From Phoronis australis (Eukaryota > Animalia > Phoronida), in assembly GCA_002633005.1 (NCBI GenBank), contig NMRA01000193.1, positions 666,071 through 730,070 on the forward strand: DNA of 64,000 nucleotides. The letters run 5' to 3'. Below the pieces are notes generated by a model. That model saw only the letters and a list, made by a program, of their open reading frames with translations, was not told where the DNA came from and did not search any database. Made by a program: the position numbers and the translations under genes. Of the stretch, positions 1 through 11,837 are shown one piece after another; position 1 is the stretch's first letter; every line of letters begins with the position of its first letter.

Positions 1-1268
1 TCATGAATAATTTCGGCGTTTAAAGGGTAACAGTTTGGAGCACGGAGTATTGGGTTATTCGGTACATTATAAAAACAGACCTGCAAATTACCTACAAGGT
101 TTGAACGGAAAACAGAAGGCCCTCTCTGAACATTACATCACTTAATGCCCTGCTTTCACAGAGTTGGGGTAGTCGGGAATCCTCCATAATGTTTATGCAA
201 TGATGGTAACGGTGGGTGTTTGAGCGCTTACATACTCACACTGATTAAGAGCTAATGAGCGCTGTTTACACGGGATGAAGGGATATTCTGAAGGGCTGTC
301 TTGCGACACTGGCGATTCTGAATAATTAGCATCGATTGAAGACTTTCAAGTGCATATTTGCAACTAATCAGCGATTCTTCAAACCGTGAGACTGCTAGGG
401 GCGCGACTTACATTCCCACAAGGTGGCGTTGTGGGCCGTCAATTTGCGATTGTATGATCAGCGCTATGGTAGCAAATCTTACAAGGTTGCTAATCTAGCG
501 ATTAATCCAATCCCGCGGGCTTATGGAGACATGAAGATGGGAGAACATAGGGCGGAGCCATCGGGCGGGGAGGGCTGGGGGACATCGCGATTGGAGAACA
601 GCGATTCGAAAACATTGAGATGGGGGAACAGCTAGCGGGCCTACCCCCAGCATAATGTTTTAAAGATCATTGACCTGGAAAAATAAGACAAGAGAATCAG
701 CAACCAATGGTAGAGAGTCATAGTTTTGTTATTTACTGTTTGTAAAAGAAAGCTGTTAATGGGAGTAACAGAGGTAAGCTATGAACTTCTAATTTTCATT
801 TTATCCAGGACCGTGGTACAAATGTCTGTCCTTAAACACACAATGTCTTAAAGAACTGGTGAAGTTTGTAGTCAATTTTGTTTTTTGCCAAAAAATAGCA
901 AATGCAAAATTAAATTTGGTTAGAATGTATTTATTTAAAACTTGACTTGTTAACGAATGAAAAATGCACAAATCCTCAACATTTTTCAGCCACTCATCTC
1001 CATGAATATAAACATGTTTTTAAGTTTAGAAATGATCTTTGCTTTCTGCCTATTTATTTCCTTCTTGTTTGCAAGCCTAGGCTTTACATTCATAGGTGTT
1101 TAACAACACCAATGACCGACAAGCTACAATCCGTGATTGCAAAGCTGGTCAGGATGATGATTTGAGTGACAGGAAACAATAGAGAACTAGAACCAGGAGT
1201 CAGTGAGCTTGTGATCATATTTTCAAAATTCAGTTGACATGCGAGTTCGCAACAATCACTAATAACTG

Positions 1269-1347
1269 CAGAGGTACCGCAATTTGAGAACCAGTTTTTT
1301 CACTGTATGATGGTCATCAAGCTGGTTCTCAAAATAACGGACCCCTG
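1269..1347. mobile_element. Tiny hairpin MITE
   Basis: cagaggtaccgcaatttgagaaccag at the left end is an imperfect inverted repeat of ctggttctcaaaataacggacccctg at the right end; the core is short. Confidence 0.45.
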
Positions 1348-1412
1348 TAAGTGACTATATTGCTCCCATGGGAATACTAAAAGTCATGAGGCAATGACCG
1401 TAATCAGGTTGG

Positions 1413-1560
1413 CCAGGCGTGCGTTCAGTACACGCTAGGACCTACGCTAGGACCTAGTGAAAGTCACGTGCTCTAATTTAAAATGCACGGCAATATCTCA
1501 CGTAATCTCGCGAAGTCTTGCTTTTTAGCAAAGTCTTAGCGTTACTGAACGGTAGGCTGG
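1413..1560 (+). mobile_element. ~150-bp MITE family, copy 1
   Basis: Imperfect TIRs ccaggcgtgcgttcagtacacgcta / tagcgttactgaacggtaggctgg. A reverse-complement copy lies at 48288-48441 and a diverged copy at about 63490-63625. Confidence 0.7.
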
Positions 1561-1944
1561 TCTAATAATAACTTTAAAGTAAAGTCTGGTTTGGAGGGCT
1601 GATCTGTTTAGCGGTGTTTTCTTTAGCAAAAAGTATACCAAACCTCTTCTATCAAAGTAGTTTGTTTTATTTCAAAACAAGTGTGAGGTAACTATGAACA
1701 CTGGCATTTCATCACTTTAACTTGCTTGATTTAAGCGATAATTGGAGGAACAAGCACATCATGCAATTTATTCCAAACATTTTATTAGTATAGTTCGGTA
1801 GCAGCCCTTCATTGACACAAACTTGTTTGAAGGCACGACAGTACTTTTTGTTAGAAAAAGTCTATACAATCTTTTATCTTCAGGCTTGCAGTTATGAAAC
1901 AAAACACCAAGAGTTATAACGTACAGTGAAGTTAAAATAGTTGC

Positions 1945-1976
1945 TATATTTAGAGACCAAATGTCTCATCATCAGG
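1945..1976 (-). ncRNA. Degenerate minimal hammerhead ribozyme in the inverted Penelope terminal repeat
   Basis: Minus strand reads cCTGATGAtgagacatttggtctcTAAAt: CUGAUGA box, gagac/gtctc stem II, and a GAAA box mutated to UAAA. Confidence 0.5.
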
Positions 1977-2353
1977 CAATAATGAGGTGAAAGGAACATG
2001 AGAACGAAACGAACAACGAAATAAACATGCATTCAACGCTGAAATCCAACACATAAAACAAGTTCTAGCAAACAATGGTTATACTGTCTAATTCTTGTTG
2101 GTACCCACGTTAGGTCATTCACATCTTGTATTGACTCTAGTGTTGACATGAAACCTAGTGCTAGCACAATTAAGAACGTGTATTATAAGAACTGTATGCC
2201 TAATGATTATCTGAGTGACGAACATGTGCTTAAGATGATTGTGAGAGATAACAATAAGGTCGTCAAACATGGTGATAGATTGAGTTATTTATTTTATAAT
2301 ATAAAGTCACTTAATCTTGAGATGGAAAATAACCATAGTCGGGAAAGATTGCA

Positions 2354-3851
2354 GGGATGTTCTAAAACACCTTTGACCCCCACACCCCACAACCCCTTCA
2401 ACCCACAACCCACGATCCCCTCGACCCACGACCCGCAATCCCCTCGGCCTAGTCTACACAAGCTCGACTCGATCTAAACATAGAACAAGCGCTGACTTGC
2501 AGGATCAAGGAGTTGGGCCGTGAGCTCGGCTGGCTTTTCCCCGTTTTTTGCAATTAAAAGAGTCGATTCGGCAAGTTTGAAAGCCAAAAACAGAAAAAAA
2601 AACAACGCGACCAAATCAATACACAAAACCTACCGAGAGCCGCGTAGATGAAGTAAAATCCAACGAGACATTATTCCGCCTATCGACCTCGATCTTCGGT
2701 CTCGGTTGACACGCGGAATAATGTCTCGTGGGATATTACTTCATGTACGCCAATCGAGGTACGCTTTGTATTTATCCCATACGCTTTGAATTCCTAAGTT
2801 TCTTTCATTTTTGGCAGATTTTTTGAAATACTTCACTCAGACTGTTCACGTGGCGGATCACATCCTATATGTATATACGCGTTAGGTTGCAAGTTTTCTC
2901 TAGTAAAAGAACCAGCTTTAAATATAACGATTTATTACTTGAAAAGAGATAACAAATATGAAAACAACGGCAACTGTACATTGAACTTCCTGAAACATCT
3001 CCTTAAAATACATGTAGTTAAATAACAAGATCATTTCATACCGTAGTTACCGATAAATCGGCGCCTGTGTTGCATACGATATAATATTTAGCCATCGAAA
3101 ACTACGACAGAACTGTCATATAATATTTTAACAGTCCTGTTCCGGATGTTACGATTGGGACCTGCTTGCACGTTGAGTGTTATTTACACTGCTGCGGTTG
3201 TATTACTTTAAACTATTTTCGGAAAGTTTGATGATCGAATCAGCTATCGACGTTGAGTCAACATTGACCTACACTTTGAACTTTCCATGTCAGAGGTCAC
3301 TGTTGAAGTAGTACGGAAGATGAATACGGAAAACATTATTACATGGCCGTATTGCTCTAGACTGATTCAACGCGTATGGGATAAAATCAAAGACCTACCA
3401 ACGTTACAAATGTCGTTCCTGACAGAGTGCAATCATCTCGTCTGCTCTTCAATGAATGACAGATCCAACCTTTTTGCGGAGAGTGCGAGGAACCAACAAA
3501 TCTGTAATTTCATCAGTAAATACAGTTTGAAAAAACAAACTGTTAACTAAGCAGTATTTTAAAGTTATATGGAGTATATTTTAAATGATTTTACAACAAA
3601 AAGCAAGTAATTAAAGTAGGAAATTATATAGACGCTCCTGATACTATTTCCGTGACAACGATAGCGCGCTCACAATGCCCTATTTCAGATCACGTTCTCA
3701 CGCCACTTTCTGTTTTTAATCACCAGACTTGAGCCAGAGCAGACGCGCATGTACGTATGTCTTGTGGGAAAGTCACTCAGCGACGTAATAAGATTATGAA
3801 ATATATAAAAAGTTTATGGGTGTGGGGGTCGAGGGGGTTCTAGAACAGTCC
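2354..3851. mobile_element. Non-autonomous MULE/Mutator-like DNA transposon inserted in the Penelope ORF
   Basis: ~34-bp TIRs gggatgttctaaaacacctttgacccccacaccc / gggtgtgggggtcgagggggttctagaacagtcc. 9-bp TSD aagattgca (2345-2353) / aagattgcg (3852-3860). Penelope coding motifs resume after it. Confidence 0.75.
2618..2772. repeat. Long imperfect palindrome (hairpin-type interspersed repeat)
   Basis: gcgtagatgaagtaaaatccaacgagacattattccgc (from 2642) pairs with gcggaataatgtctcgtgggatattacttcatgtacgc (to 2750); the centre is gatcttcggtc. Confidence 0.75.
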
Positions 3852-4327
3852 AAGATTGCGACCAGTGGCCAAATATTATGTTGTTTGTCAATTAGCATAT
3901 CATATCAACTCATATGGACAAATGTCTTCGTCCTCATTCTCGTGAACAGCGTTACATTGGACACAGGGTGTCTTCTCTCTCCGGACGTTGTTCAATGCAT
4001 TTGCGGGGCGGGTTCATTCAAGATCATGTTTAAACCAACATGGCTGAAAAATAACTAGGAAAGAAATAGTAGACAATACCACCATTCGCTATGTAGAAAA
4101 CGACACATTTGGGTTAAAGAGTTTGGAGATTTTATTGATCAGTTATGAAAAACCTGTGCTGAATGAGCAGCTCATGTTTGTACCCTACTGTACGCTGGCC
4201 CTGTTTCGTTAGACTTGTGGGCTCCCTTCCGTGTCATACATTCACACTCTCTGCTTGCAGGCCCTTCTACCTGCTGTCACCGTTTATTTCACTATTTATT
4301 TCGCTCCCACGTTCATTTCACCTATTC

Positions 4328-4356
4328 CCTGGTGATGAGACACGTGGTCTCGAAGC
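4328..4356 (+). ncRNA. Degenerate minimal hammerhead ribozyme in the Penelope 3' terminal repeat
   Basis: cCTGGTGAtgagacacgtggtctcGAAGc. The consensus with the other copy restores CUGAUGA...GAAA. Minimal hammerheads are an established feature of Penelope-like terminal repeats. Confidence 0.5.
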
Positions 4357-4759
4357 ATAGCAACTATTTTGACTTGGTTGTTCGTTATGTCTCTTGGTGT
4401 TTTGCTTCATAACTCCACATCTGAAGATAGGAGATTATATAGAGACTACGAGCGGCTGTCTAACAAAAAGTACAGTCGTGCCTTCAACCAAACTGTTTCT
4501 TTTTGCAAATGAATATATACTTTCGCAACAACTTTTACTTCACAGAATCACAGGAAGCTAGAGACAGTCATTTTCAAACCATTGACTCGAGCTCCTGTGT
4601 CCAAAGTACTACTTTAAATGCTAGTATTTAGTCTCATGCCTCTATATGTAACGCTACGCCTGCATTTGGAATCAGCCGCAGACGCCTTTTTCCAAAACAT
4701 TTGAGTATAGGCAGTGGATAGTGCTGCACCTGAAAGTGAAACATTGTGGCATTCAATTA

Positions 4760-6054
4760 TTGGGAATTTCAGGGTCACAGCTCTGCAAATGAATATTTCA
4801 CAGAAGGAACCAGATGGGTTCCTCAATTACAAGAGATAACACACACATTTACGACACCCAATGTGTAATTGAGTATCGGATACTAAGTGGCACAGGTTAC
4901 CATAGTACCAAATGGGTGTTGGTAGTCCTTCGGGTCCGAAGGTGACGTAGGTTGTGTGTCTCATCGTCTATGTACATGAAGATGGCTCTGCAGTCCCAGT
5001 CTTGACGCGCAGAGTCGAGCACAGGTGGGGCATTGGAACTCCGTCGTGGTAACAGTGGTGGATGCTGCTGAGTGGCGTTTCACTCGAGCAGCTTCGAGTC
5101 TCTGACAGCGGTCATCCTCAAAACTGGCAGTTGCTTTTCGAATCGTGGCTCGCCACTTTGGTCTCTCTCCTGCAACAGCTTTCAGCTCCTTGGGTTTGAT
5201 GTTGCACCACTTCAGGTTGGCTTTGACGGTGTCTTTGTAGCGAAGTAGAGGGCGTCCTTGCTTCCTTCTCCCAGTCTTCAGCTCGACATACAAAAGCTGG
5301 CGAGGCATTCTGTAGTCCTCCATCCTCATGATGTGCCCCACCCATCGCAGTTGGGCCTTGAGTAGCATCGCTTCAATGCTGGTTGACTGGGCACGCTCTA
5401 GGACCTCAAGGTTGGTGATTCGGTCCTGCCATCGGATTCCTAGGATGGAGCGAAGAGAATGCATTTGGAAGCTCTCAAGCTTCTTGATGTGCCTGCGGTA
5501 GATGGTCCATGACTCGAAGCCATAGAGCAGAGAGGTCAGGACCACTGAAGAATACACCTTCAGTTTAGTAGACAGGCGGATGTTTTGCTCGTTGAGCACC
5601 CGTGTTCTCAGTCTTCTGAGTGCTTGGTTCGCCTTGCTTATCCTGGAAGCAATCTCTTTGTCTAAGCTGCCATCTTTTGAGATGACGCTCCCCAGGTATT
5701 TGAAGTGCTCCACATTGAGGAGTTGCTTGTTGTCGATGGTAATGACTGGCTTCCGGGGATTGGTGTTGGGTGCAGGTTGAAGAAGCACTTCTGTCTTGCC
5801 GAGTATATGGGTATATAATACCAAATGGGTATTGGCCGATTGCCTACCAAGTGGGTCGAGCAAAACGGCAGATTCAATAGCAAGTACCAAATTGGTACAA
5901 CTGCCAAATGGGCAAATATCATATAATAAAGTACCAAGTGGGTACATTAAACAGCCAACTGGGCTATAACAGCCTGCAAAGCAGGTTCCGGACAAGCTGA
6001 GTGAGCAGACCAGCCGGAGTGATAAAAACATATTGTAAGGAACGTGGTGTTGTG
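4760..6054 (-). repeat. Interspersed repeat rich in ccaa(a/g/c)tggg motifs, interrupted by an RTE LINE
   Basis: 4760-4922 plus 5815-6054 match the reverse complement of the uninterrupted copy at about 28894-29267. Confidence 0.85.
4923..5800 (-). mobile_element. 5'-truncated RTE-clade LINE (RT C-terminus plus C2H2-like finger)
   Basis: ORF 4961-6031 contains HFKYLGS, IASRISKA, KLKVYSSVVLTSLLYGFESWT, LRWVGHIMRM..RMPRQLLY, GRRKQGRP.LRYKD and CPTCARLCASRLGLQSH. The short 3' UTR has a ccttcgg/ccgaagg hairpin. TSD taccaaatgggt(g/a)ttgg at 4906-4922 and 5819-5835. Confidence 0.92.
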
Positions 6055-7797
6055 ATCACTATACGCAAAACAGTTCAGTGACTGTGTCCTCGATTAAATG
6101 CAACATTATTTAGGCTATAGGGTCATGTACCTAAGCACGTGTATTTACGTTACTGATGTAATGAACTAAGCAAAGTTCGCCACATATCTCTTCATTAATT
6201 TCTACACAAATTACAGGAATTGATTCATTAAAACTTGAGTTGTCCTAGTTGGGACTAATTCTGAACCTGAATTTAAGAGCCTCTTGTTCTAGAGTTTACA
6301 ACCTCAATCTAATGCTTGATTATGCTTGTTTTGAACAAAACTATTGCCAAGTACACCTCTGGCTGTCTCTGGCATATAGTACGATGTAAAGGAGAGTTTG
6401 TTGTTTTGTAACAGTGCCATTCATGAAGTTAGTTTCATTGGTGAATTGGGGCATATGGCACTGTACAAAACAAAAAGTCTATGTATTGAATAGTTTACGA
6501 AAATAATTGCTAATTAAGGAAAATTTCAGCAGCCATAAGAGTAAAGGTAGCACTTCTTTAAAACATGTCTAATGTGAAATCAGATAAGAGCACGGAAACA
6601 TGCCACGCAGTGCTACAGGTAAAGCTGAACTTGCAAAATTCAAACTAAAGTAAATCAAATTAGTGGCTGTGAATAATTGTGCTAATGCAATCAGCCAATT
6701 CCATTCAATTTATGGTTTTAGCATTTGTAGTCAGGAATGTAAATTCTCGTATTAAGAAAATGCTTTATCCCTCAACACGAACCAAAATAATGTCTTTCAA
6801 ACAAAGCTTTGAATGGAGCCTTAACACTTCATAAAATCAATGAATCCCAATATGTTAACAAATCAAGAATGTACAATAGGATACTAACAAAAGAATGTAG
6901 CTGCAGATAAACCTATAACATTCTTGAAGACATTGGTAGTGAATCAACTTCAGGGGATAAACTAAGTGCTTGTCATAGATCTGCTATTCAAAAGTTCGTG
7001 GCAGCAGGTCTCTACATTTTTGAAGGTCAGTGTGGCATATTTACTGATGTGGAGGATTTCTTTTACCATTGAGTGTATGTAATCAATAGCCTAGTGTTTA
7101 TTGATGGTAAAATTCTCATTTCCTTGTCCTTCGTAATTTCAGTTTAGTTCTTTGTGTTTGTTTTGCAACTTACTGTATGTTTACATACTAAAGTCCACAG
7201 GCAGTCTACTACATGTATAAAATGGAGATATCCTATAATTGTTTATTTTCAGCATTACAGATTTTATGCCTTCATTTTGAAGAAACGAATTGGTTATGGA
7301 ATTTGACTTTTTCTTACTCCAAGTTGGACTCCTATTTGTTACCTTCATTGCAACCCAGATCTCTGATTAGTCAGATTAAGATGAAGAACATGTCTCTCAA
7401 TCTGACAGAGAAGGCATGTACACTTAATTTCTAAACGTTTTTAAATCTCTCTGTTGGTTATTCATTTAATATATTTTATGCATACTGTTTGTAAATTGAC
7501 GTCAATTATTAATTCTAAACTGATGTTCTTTGTGATTTATAACTATTACCGCGCTCATTTGTAGCACTCAGTCATTTTGTTCTTCCCATAATATTTTTCT
7601 GACATCTCTTTGTTTAAATTTAATAGGTCGTCTTGGAAAATCAGAGTTTGGTATTTGAGATTTCAATCATGTGAGTTCGCTTTCTCCTAGTACAACCTCC
7701 AGCCACCCCAAATTATTTAATCTGTCCCCTTCCTTCCAGAGTTGTACCTAATAATGCACCACTCTGCTTGACGTCTATCTACGTACATGCACGATCT

Positions 7798-8122
7798 TTA
7801 AAGAAACATTCCGCCCTGTTTAGCTGTCTAAAGAAAGAAAAAACAAATTAGGCATTTTAGTTTCGCAAAATCGACCTCGTAATAATCTTTAACATAACAG
7901 TATCCAATTTCATAGGCAATGTGTGCATGGTCTGTTTTCAAATTCTCAGTTTTAGTGGTGGACAACCCCAATCCTATGCATTTTCTTGCGTTGCTGGTGA
8001 TTTAAAAAACTTTCAAAACCTTGTCGCGATAATGTATGTTACGAGACGAATGTGGTGAGCATCGAAGGCCTAATTCGATTTTTGACAACTACATGTAAAC
8101 AGGGCGTAATGTGGCTTTTTAA
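7798..8122. mobile_element. Kolobok-type MITE (TTAA flanks)
   Basis: ttaaagaaacattccgccctgttta...taaacagggcgtaatgtggctttttaa inverted termini, with weaker inner inverted similarity. Confidence 0.55.
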
Positions 8123-9323
8123 GACTAGTTAAAAGTATTTTGCTTTTAGCTAACAAATAAAAATTATAGTACAATTTGACTGATACTACAGTGTGACATT
8201 TAACTTTCCTATTCAGAAAAAAGGAGTTGTCAACATAATCCATGGTTGAAAGGAGGGAAGAAAGCAGTTGTGGAGGAGTTCAGTTATGCAATCAGAAAAT
8301 GCTGGTGTGGGAAAGGCAACGTTTGAGCCAACATGAAGATATCTAGTCTAATTAAGAACAGAACCCAAATCAAATTATGTTCTGTGTCTGCATTCTCTTT
8401 CAAAAAAACAGATAGTCAACTTAACAAGAGTTCTGTAAAACCAAGAACATTTTTAAAACCTTAAGTTGAGCAAACGTGGACTGTTATGGACGCTATTGAT
8501 ACGCTATTGAGCCATATGGATTTTTTTTGTTAAATTCATTTGTTGAATAACGAATTTTAAATGAAATGAACCTGCCACAGTGATTGGCCTCTGCTGCACA
8601 GAACTGTATAATATTGGTCATTCAAGTAAATTGTAAATTTCAGTAATTATCAACTTTTGTGCACCGCCACTAACTGTTGCAATGGAGTCACTGAGTCACA
8701 TAACCCTACTGTAGATAACTGGGGGTTTGAGGTAAACACGAACTCGTATGCTTTTACTCGTAAAAATTATATACATGGATTGTGAAACTTAATTTTTCAC
8801 TACAAGGTCATGTTTTTCAATAATTGACTCCCAATCTCGCGTCATTATGTAATTTTAAGACTATAGAAATCTTATAGTGACCAAGGTCAATTCATTATAT
8901 GATTTGTACAGGCCATTACAGTAATTCTTTACCATTTTCAGGGATAAACTTTAAAAAACCTTTCCGGACACGTGAAATTAGCGTGATGGTTTGTACCTCA
9001 GTAAAGTACAAGATTGAATGGCCTTGCACAACCGAGGTCATTATATCAACAACATGAGTTGGTATCGCGAAATAATGATTGATGAGTTAAATACCACAAA
9101 ATTTGTAACAACCATATAATAATGAAATGCAACGTATATTTCCATAATTCTGTGTTTGAAATAACTCTCTGTTGGGTTTCATTTTGAACCAAATCAAAAT
9201 AAACACATAAGATATAATACCATTTTGTGTTTTTTAATTAAACTACATGCCGTGGTCTTACTGCATGCAGGCTTAGTGGTCAGTTCGGAGCATGTATCCT
9301 TTTGATGTGGCACTTGGCCGCCG

Positions 9324-9491
9324 GTGTCCGGGTCATGCAGTCAGTGGGCAGGTTGTGCCCTGGTCATGTAATCAGTTGGCAGTGTGTGTACTGGTCATGT
9401 AGGCAGTTGGCAGCGTGTGTCCTGGCCATGTAGTCAGTTGGCAGCGTGTGTTCTGGTCATGTAGTCAGTGTGTGTCCTGATCATGTAGTCA
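9324..9491. repeat. 31-bp minisatellite, about 5.5 copies
   Basis: Unit gtgtcctggtcatgtagtcagttggcagcgt; the gtcatg core recurs at 9332, 9363, 9394, 9425 (as gccatg) and 9456. Confidence 0.9.
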
Positions 9492-9844
9492 ATGTACCGA
9501 ATGATCAAGAAATGTTTTGTCATAAATGATTTCAGCCAGTTTTAAGATTCGGTGCCTGTTACAATGAACCAAGAATATTGACATGTATTATTGATCCGTC
9601 ACCATTCTTATCTTTGCAGTAACTTGGTACCAAATGCATATTCACGTAGTCAATTAGAACCAAAAAGTCAAAAGGCTTTGTACTGTGAAAAAATAAGTAG
9701 CTGCTATCAATCTTAATCTCAATCTTGCAGTGCCATGCAAGGTTTCGCCCTGCTATAGTTTCTCTAGCACGATGTAGCCATTTGGGTCCAAAACCACTCA
9801 TGTAGTCAGTTTGTACCCGGGTTCCGTAGGTGTGAGTGCGTGTG

Positions 9845-9846
<2 letters not shown>

Positions 9847-9891
<45 letters not shown>
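9847..9891. repeat. (TG)n microsatellite
   Basis: Pure TG run. Confidence 0.98.
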
Positions 9892-9894
<3 letters not shown>

Positions 9895-11837
9895 GGCGCA
9901 TAAAACGGCATAGCGAAAATGAATCACACGAACAAGCATGTAAAATAATATTTATGTGAATTCACACGTAAGGGGATGTGAGACTAATGGATGGTTTGGA
10001 ACGATTGCATACGCAGGTGTAGCATAAAATATTCAAAAGCTGTCAGATCACAACGTTATGACAAATAACACTAAAACGGTAATTGATTAATTAAGTCAGA
10101 CATGTGACAATGTTCAATGTTGTGCAGAAACACACGTCCGCGTAAGTCACGCGCAATGAATACCTAACTGGTACACAATTTCAGTTAAAAGAGGAAAACT
10201 ATACTGCTGGCTAATGCCTTGCGTTCAAAATCAAAATGAACACCAGGGCCTACTCAGACTGCTTGCCTACGAAACCAAAGCAGACCTTGAACATCAGAAG
10301 TCGTAAAAAATACTTGGTTGCGTACACATCCGAAAACAGAGGAACGTGTGTGCACCAGCGCGTTTGACTGACTCTTCGCGAATAAATAGCAAGGACTTTG
10401 CACGTGTAAGCAAAAGGCTGGCGTGCAAAATCAAAACGAACACCGTGGTTACAAATGTGTCACGTGCCTGCATCATGCACAGGTGGTGATCATGGGCACC
10501 TAAAAAATTTAAAATCGAACGCAGAGCCCAAAAAACCCACACACAATCGTAACATGAACATTTACATGTAGTGACGTACAATTTAAAACACGCAGAGCAC
10601 ATGTGCGTCAGCGTAAGTGACTGATGTGGACTGTTCACCACCCTGCAAAATAAATTTGAACAACGTACGCGAAGTGTTGATATGCGCCCACCGTGTGCAT
10701 TGCATATATTGCAGATACAATGGAGGTTACTATTTCAAACATCACCAAAAAAGGAACGTATGCCAGTAAGCAGAAAATAGCCTCTAGGGGGTGCTTAGAA
10801 AATCAGCAATGCTTTCTTCATCGCGAACATACCTGCCAAAATCCGCCATGAAAAATTTAACTGACGTGTATATACCAGCCCAGCCCACAAAACGGGTCCA
10901 ACAAACCACCAGTAATTGTTATTTCTTCTGGTAGCATTTACGGTGCGCTACTCCTGCGTGTTTGCAACAAATTCGCGATCAAAGCACAAAAAATTGCCCA
11001 AAAAGCCGATTAGCACTGTCAATGTGCCACGCGTACACATGCAAACCTAGTCTAAAGCGAGTTGGTTAACGATACAGCACCAAGTATAGTGGTTTTTGTA
11101 AAAGGACTGTGGATGCCAATAAACATGGGGCACGTTCCAAGAAACTGACTTAAAATTGATTTTTAACTTATGTCTTAGATTTATCTCAGTGTCCAAACTT
11201 TGAAACTTCCACAACAGGCGAGATCGTCAAAATTAAGACAAAACTTCAGTCAAATTTAAGATCTCTTTCTTTAGAAGGATTTGAGACGAATTTAAGTTTT
11301 ATCTTAAAATTGACTGAATTTTAAGATTTGCCTTAGTGCTGAGCACGAGGATCTGTTCCCGACACCAACACTGAGTTTTGATCACGATAGTAGAAAATTA
11401 AGACATTATCCGTTCCACAGAAAATCCTTACCCGAGCCGTAAGACACAAATCTTGTAAAGTCAGGCAGCAGCTAAATCGACGTACCATACAAGGCCTTTA
11501 GCACGGCCTTAGTTTGTAATGTTAGACGTCGTCACCGAACAAAAGTTCTCGAAGGTTCGAAGCACGTTGGGCGCCAAATGTAACAAATCAAATCTCCAAA
11601 GAACACCAAAACATGTATTTCATCTTAACACATACATTTCAGTTCAGTTGCACATTACATACGCTCAATATCATATTTTCCAAAGAAGGAAACACACCCA
11701 TCTCTGAAGCCTGTCTCTAGCGAAGTACCCGATATAAACAGTCACGCCCCCATGATCCACGTAACAATTGAAAGGCTATACAGCGCACCGAGACTCAACG
11801 TAGACACTAAGAACAAGAATAAGAGAACAATAGCAAC

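Larger units (their letters stand above)
1875..4429 (+). mobile_element. Decayed, 5'-truncated Penelope-like retroelement (RT thumb to GIY-YIG endonuclease) with inverted terminal repeat
   Basis: Manual translation gives FNAEIQHIKQVLANNGY (~2032-2082), YYKNCMPNDYLSDEHVLKMIV..MENN (2148-2340), YIGHRVSSLSGRCSMHLRGGFIQDH (~3950-4030) and ITRKEIVDNTTIRYVEND..LEILLISYEKPVLNEQ (4051-4170). These are typical Penelope RT-end and GIY-YIG motifs. 1875-2026 is an inverted copy of 4282-4429. Confidence 0.8.

Noticed and set aside
166-660. Possible element with ggggtag/ctacccc ends, repeated gcgatt motifs and a repeated cataatgttt
   Set aside because: The inverted match is only 7 bp, and the direct repeat is not positioned as a TSD.
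4961-6031. 356-aa ORF as a host gene
   Set aside because: It is a truncated RTE ORF fused to repeat sequence, with TSDs and an empty-site copy in the window.
6700-8480. Exon-like fragments with faint chromodomain-like words (TPSWTP, ATFEP)
   Set aside because: Multiple stops and no consistent frame; no family could be assigned.
9559-9939. 126-aa ORF with (TH)n
   Set aside because: Translation of the TG microsatellite.
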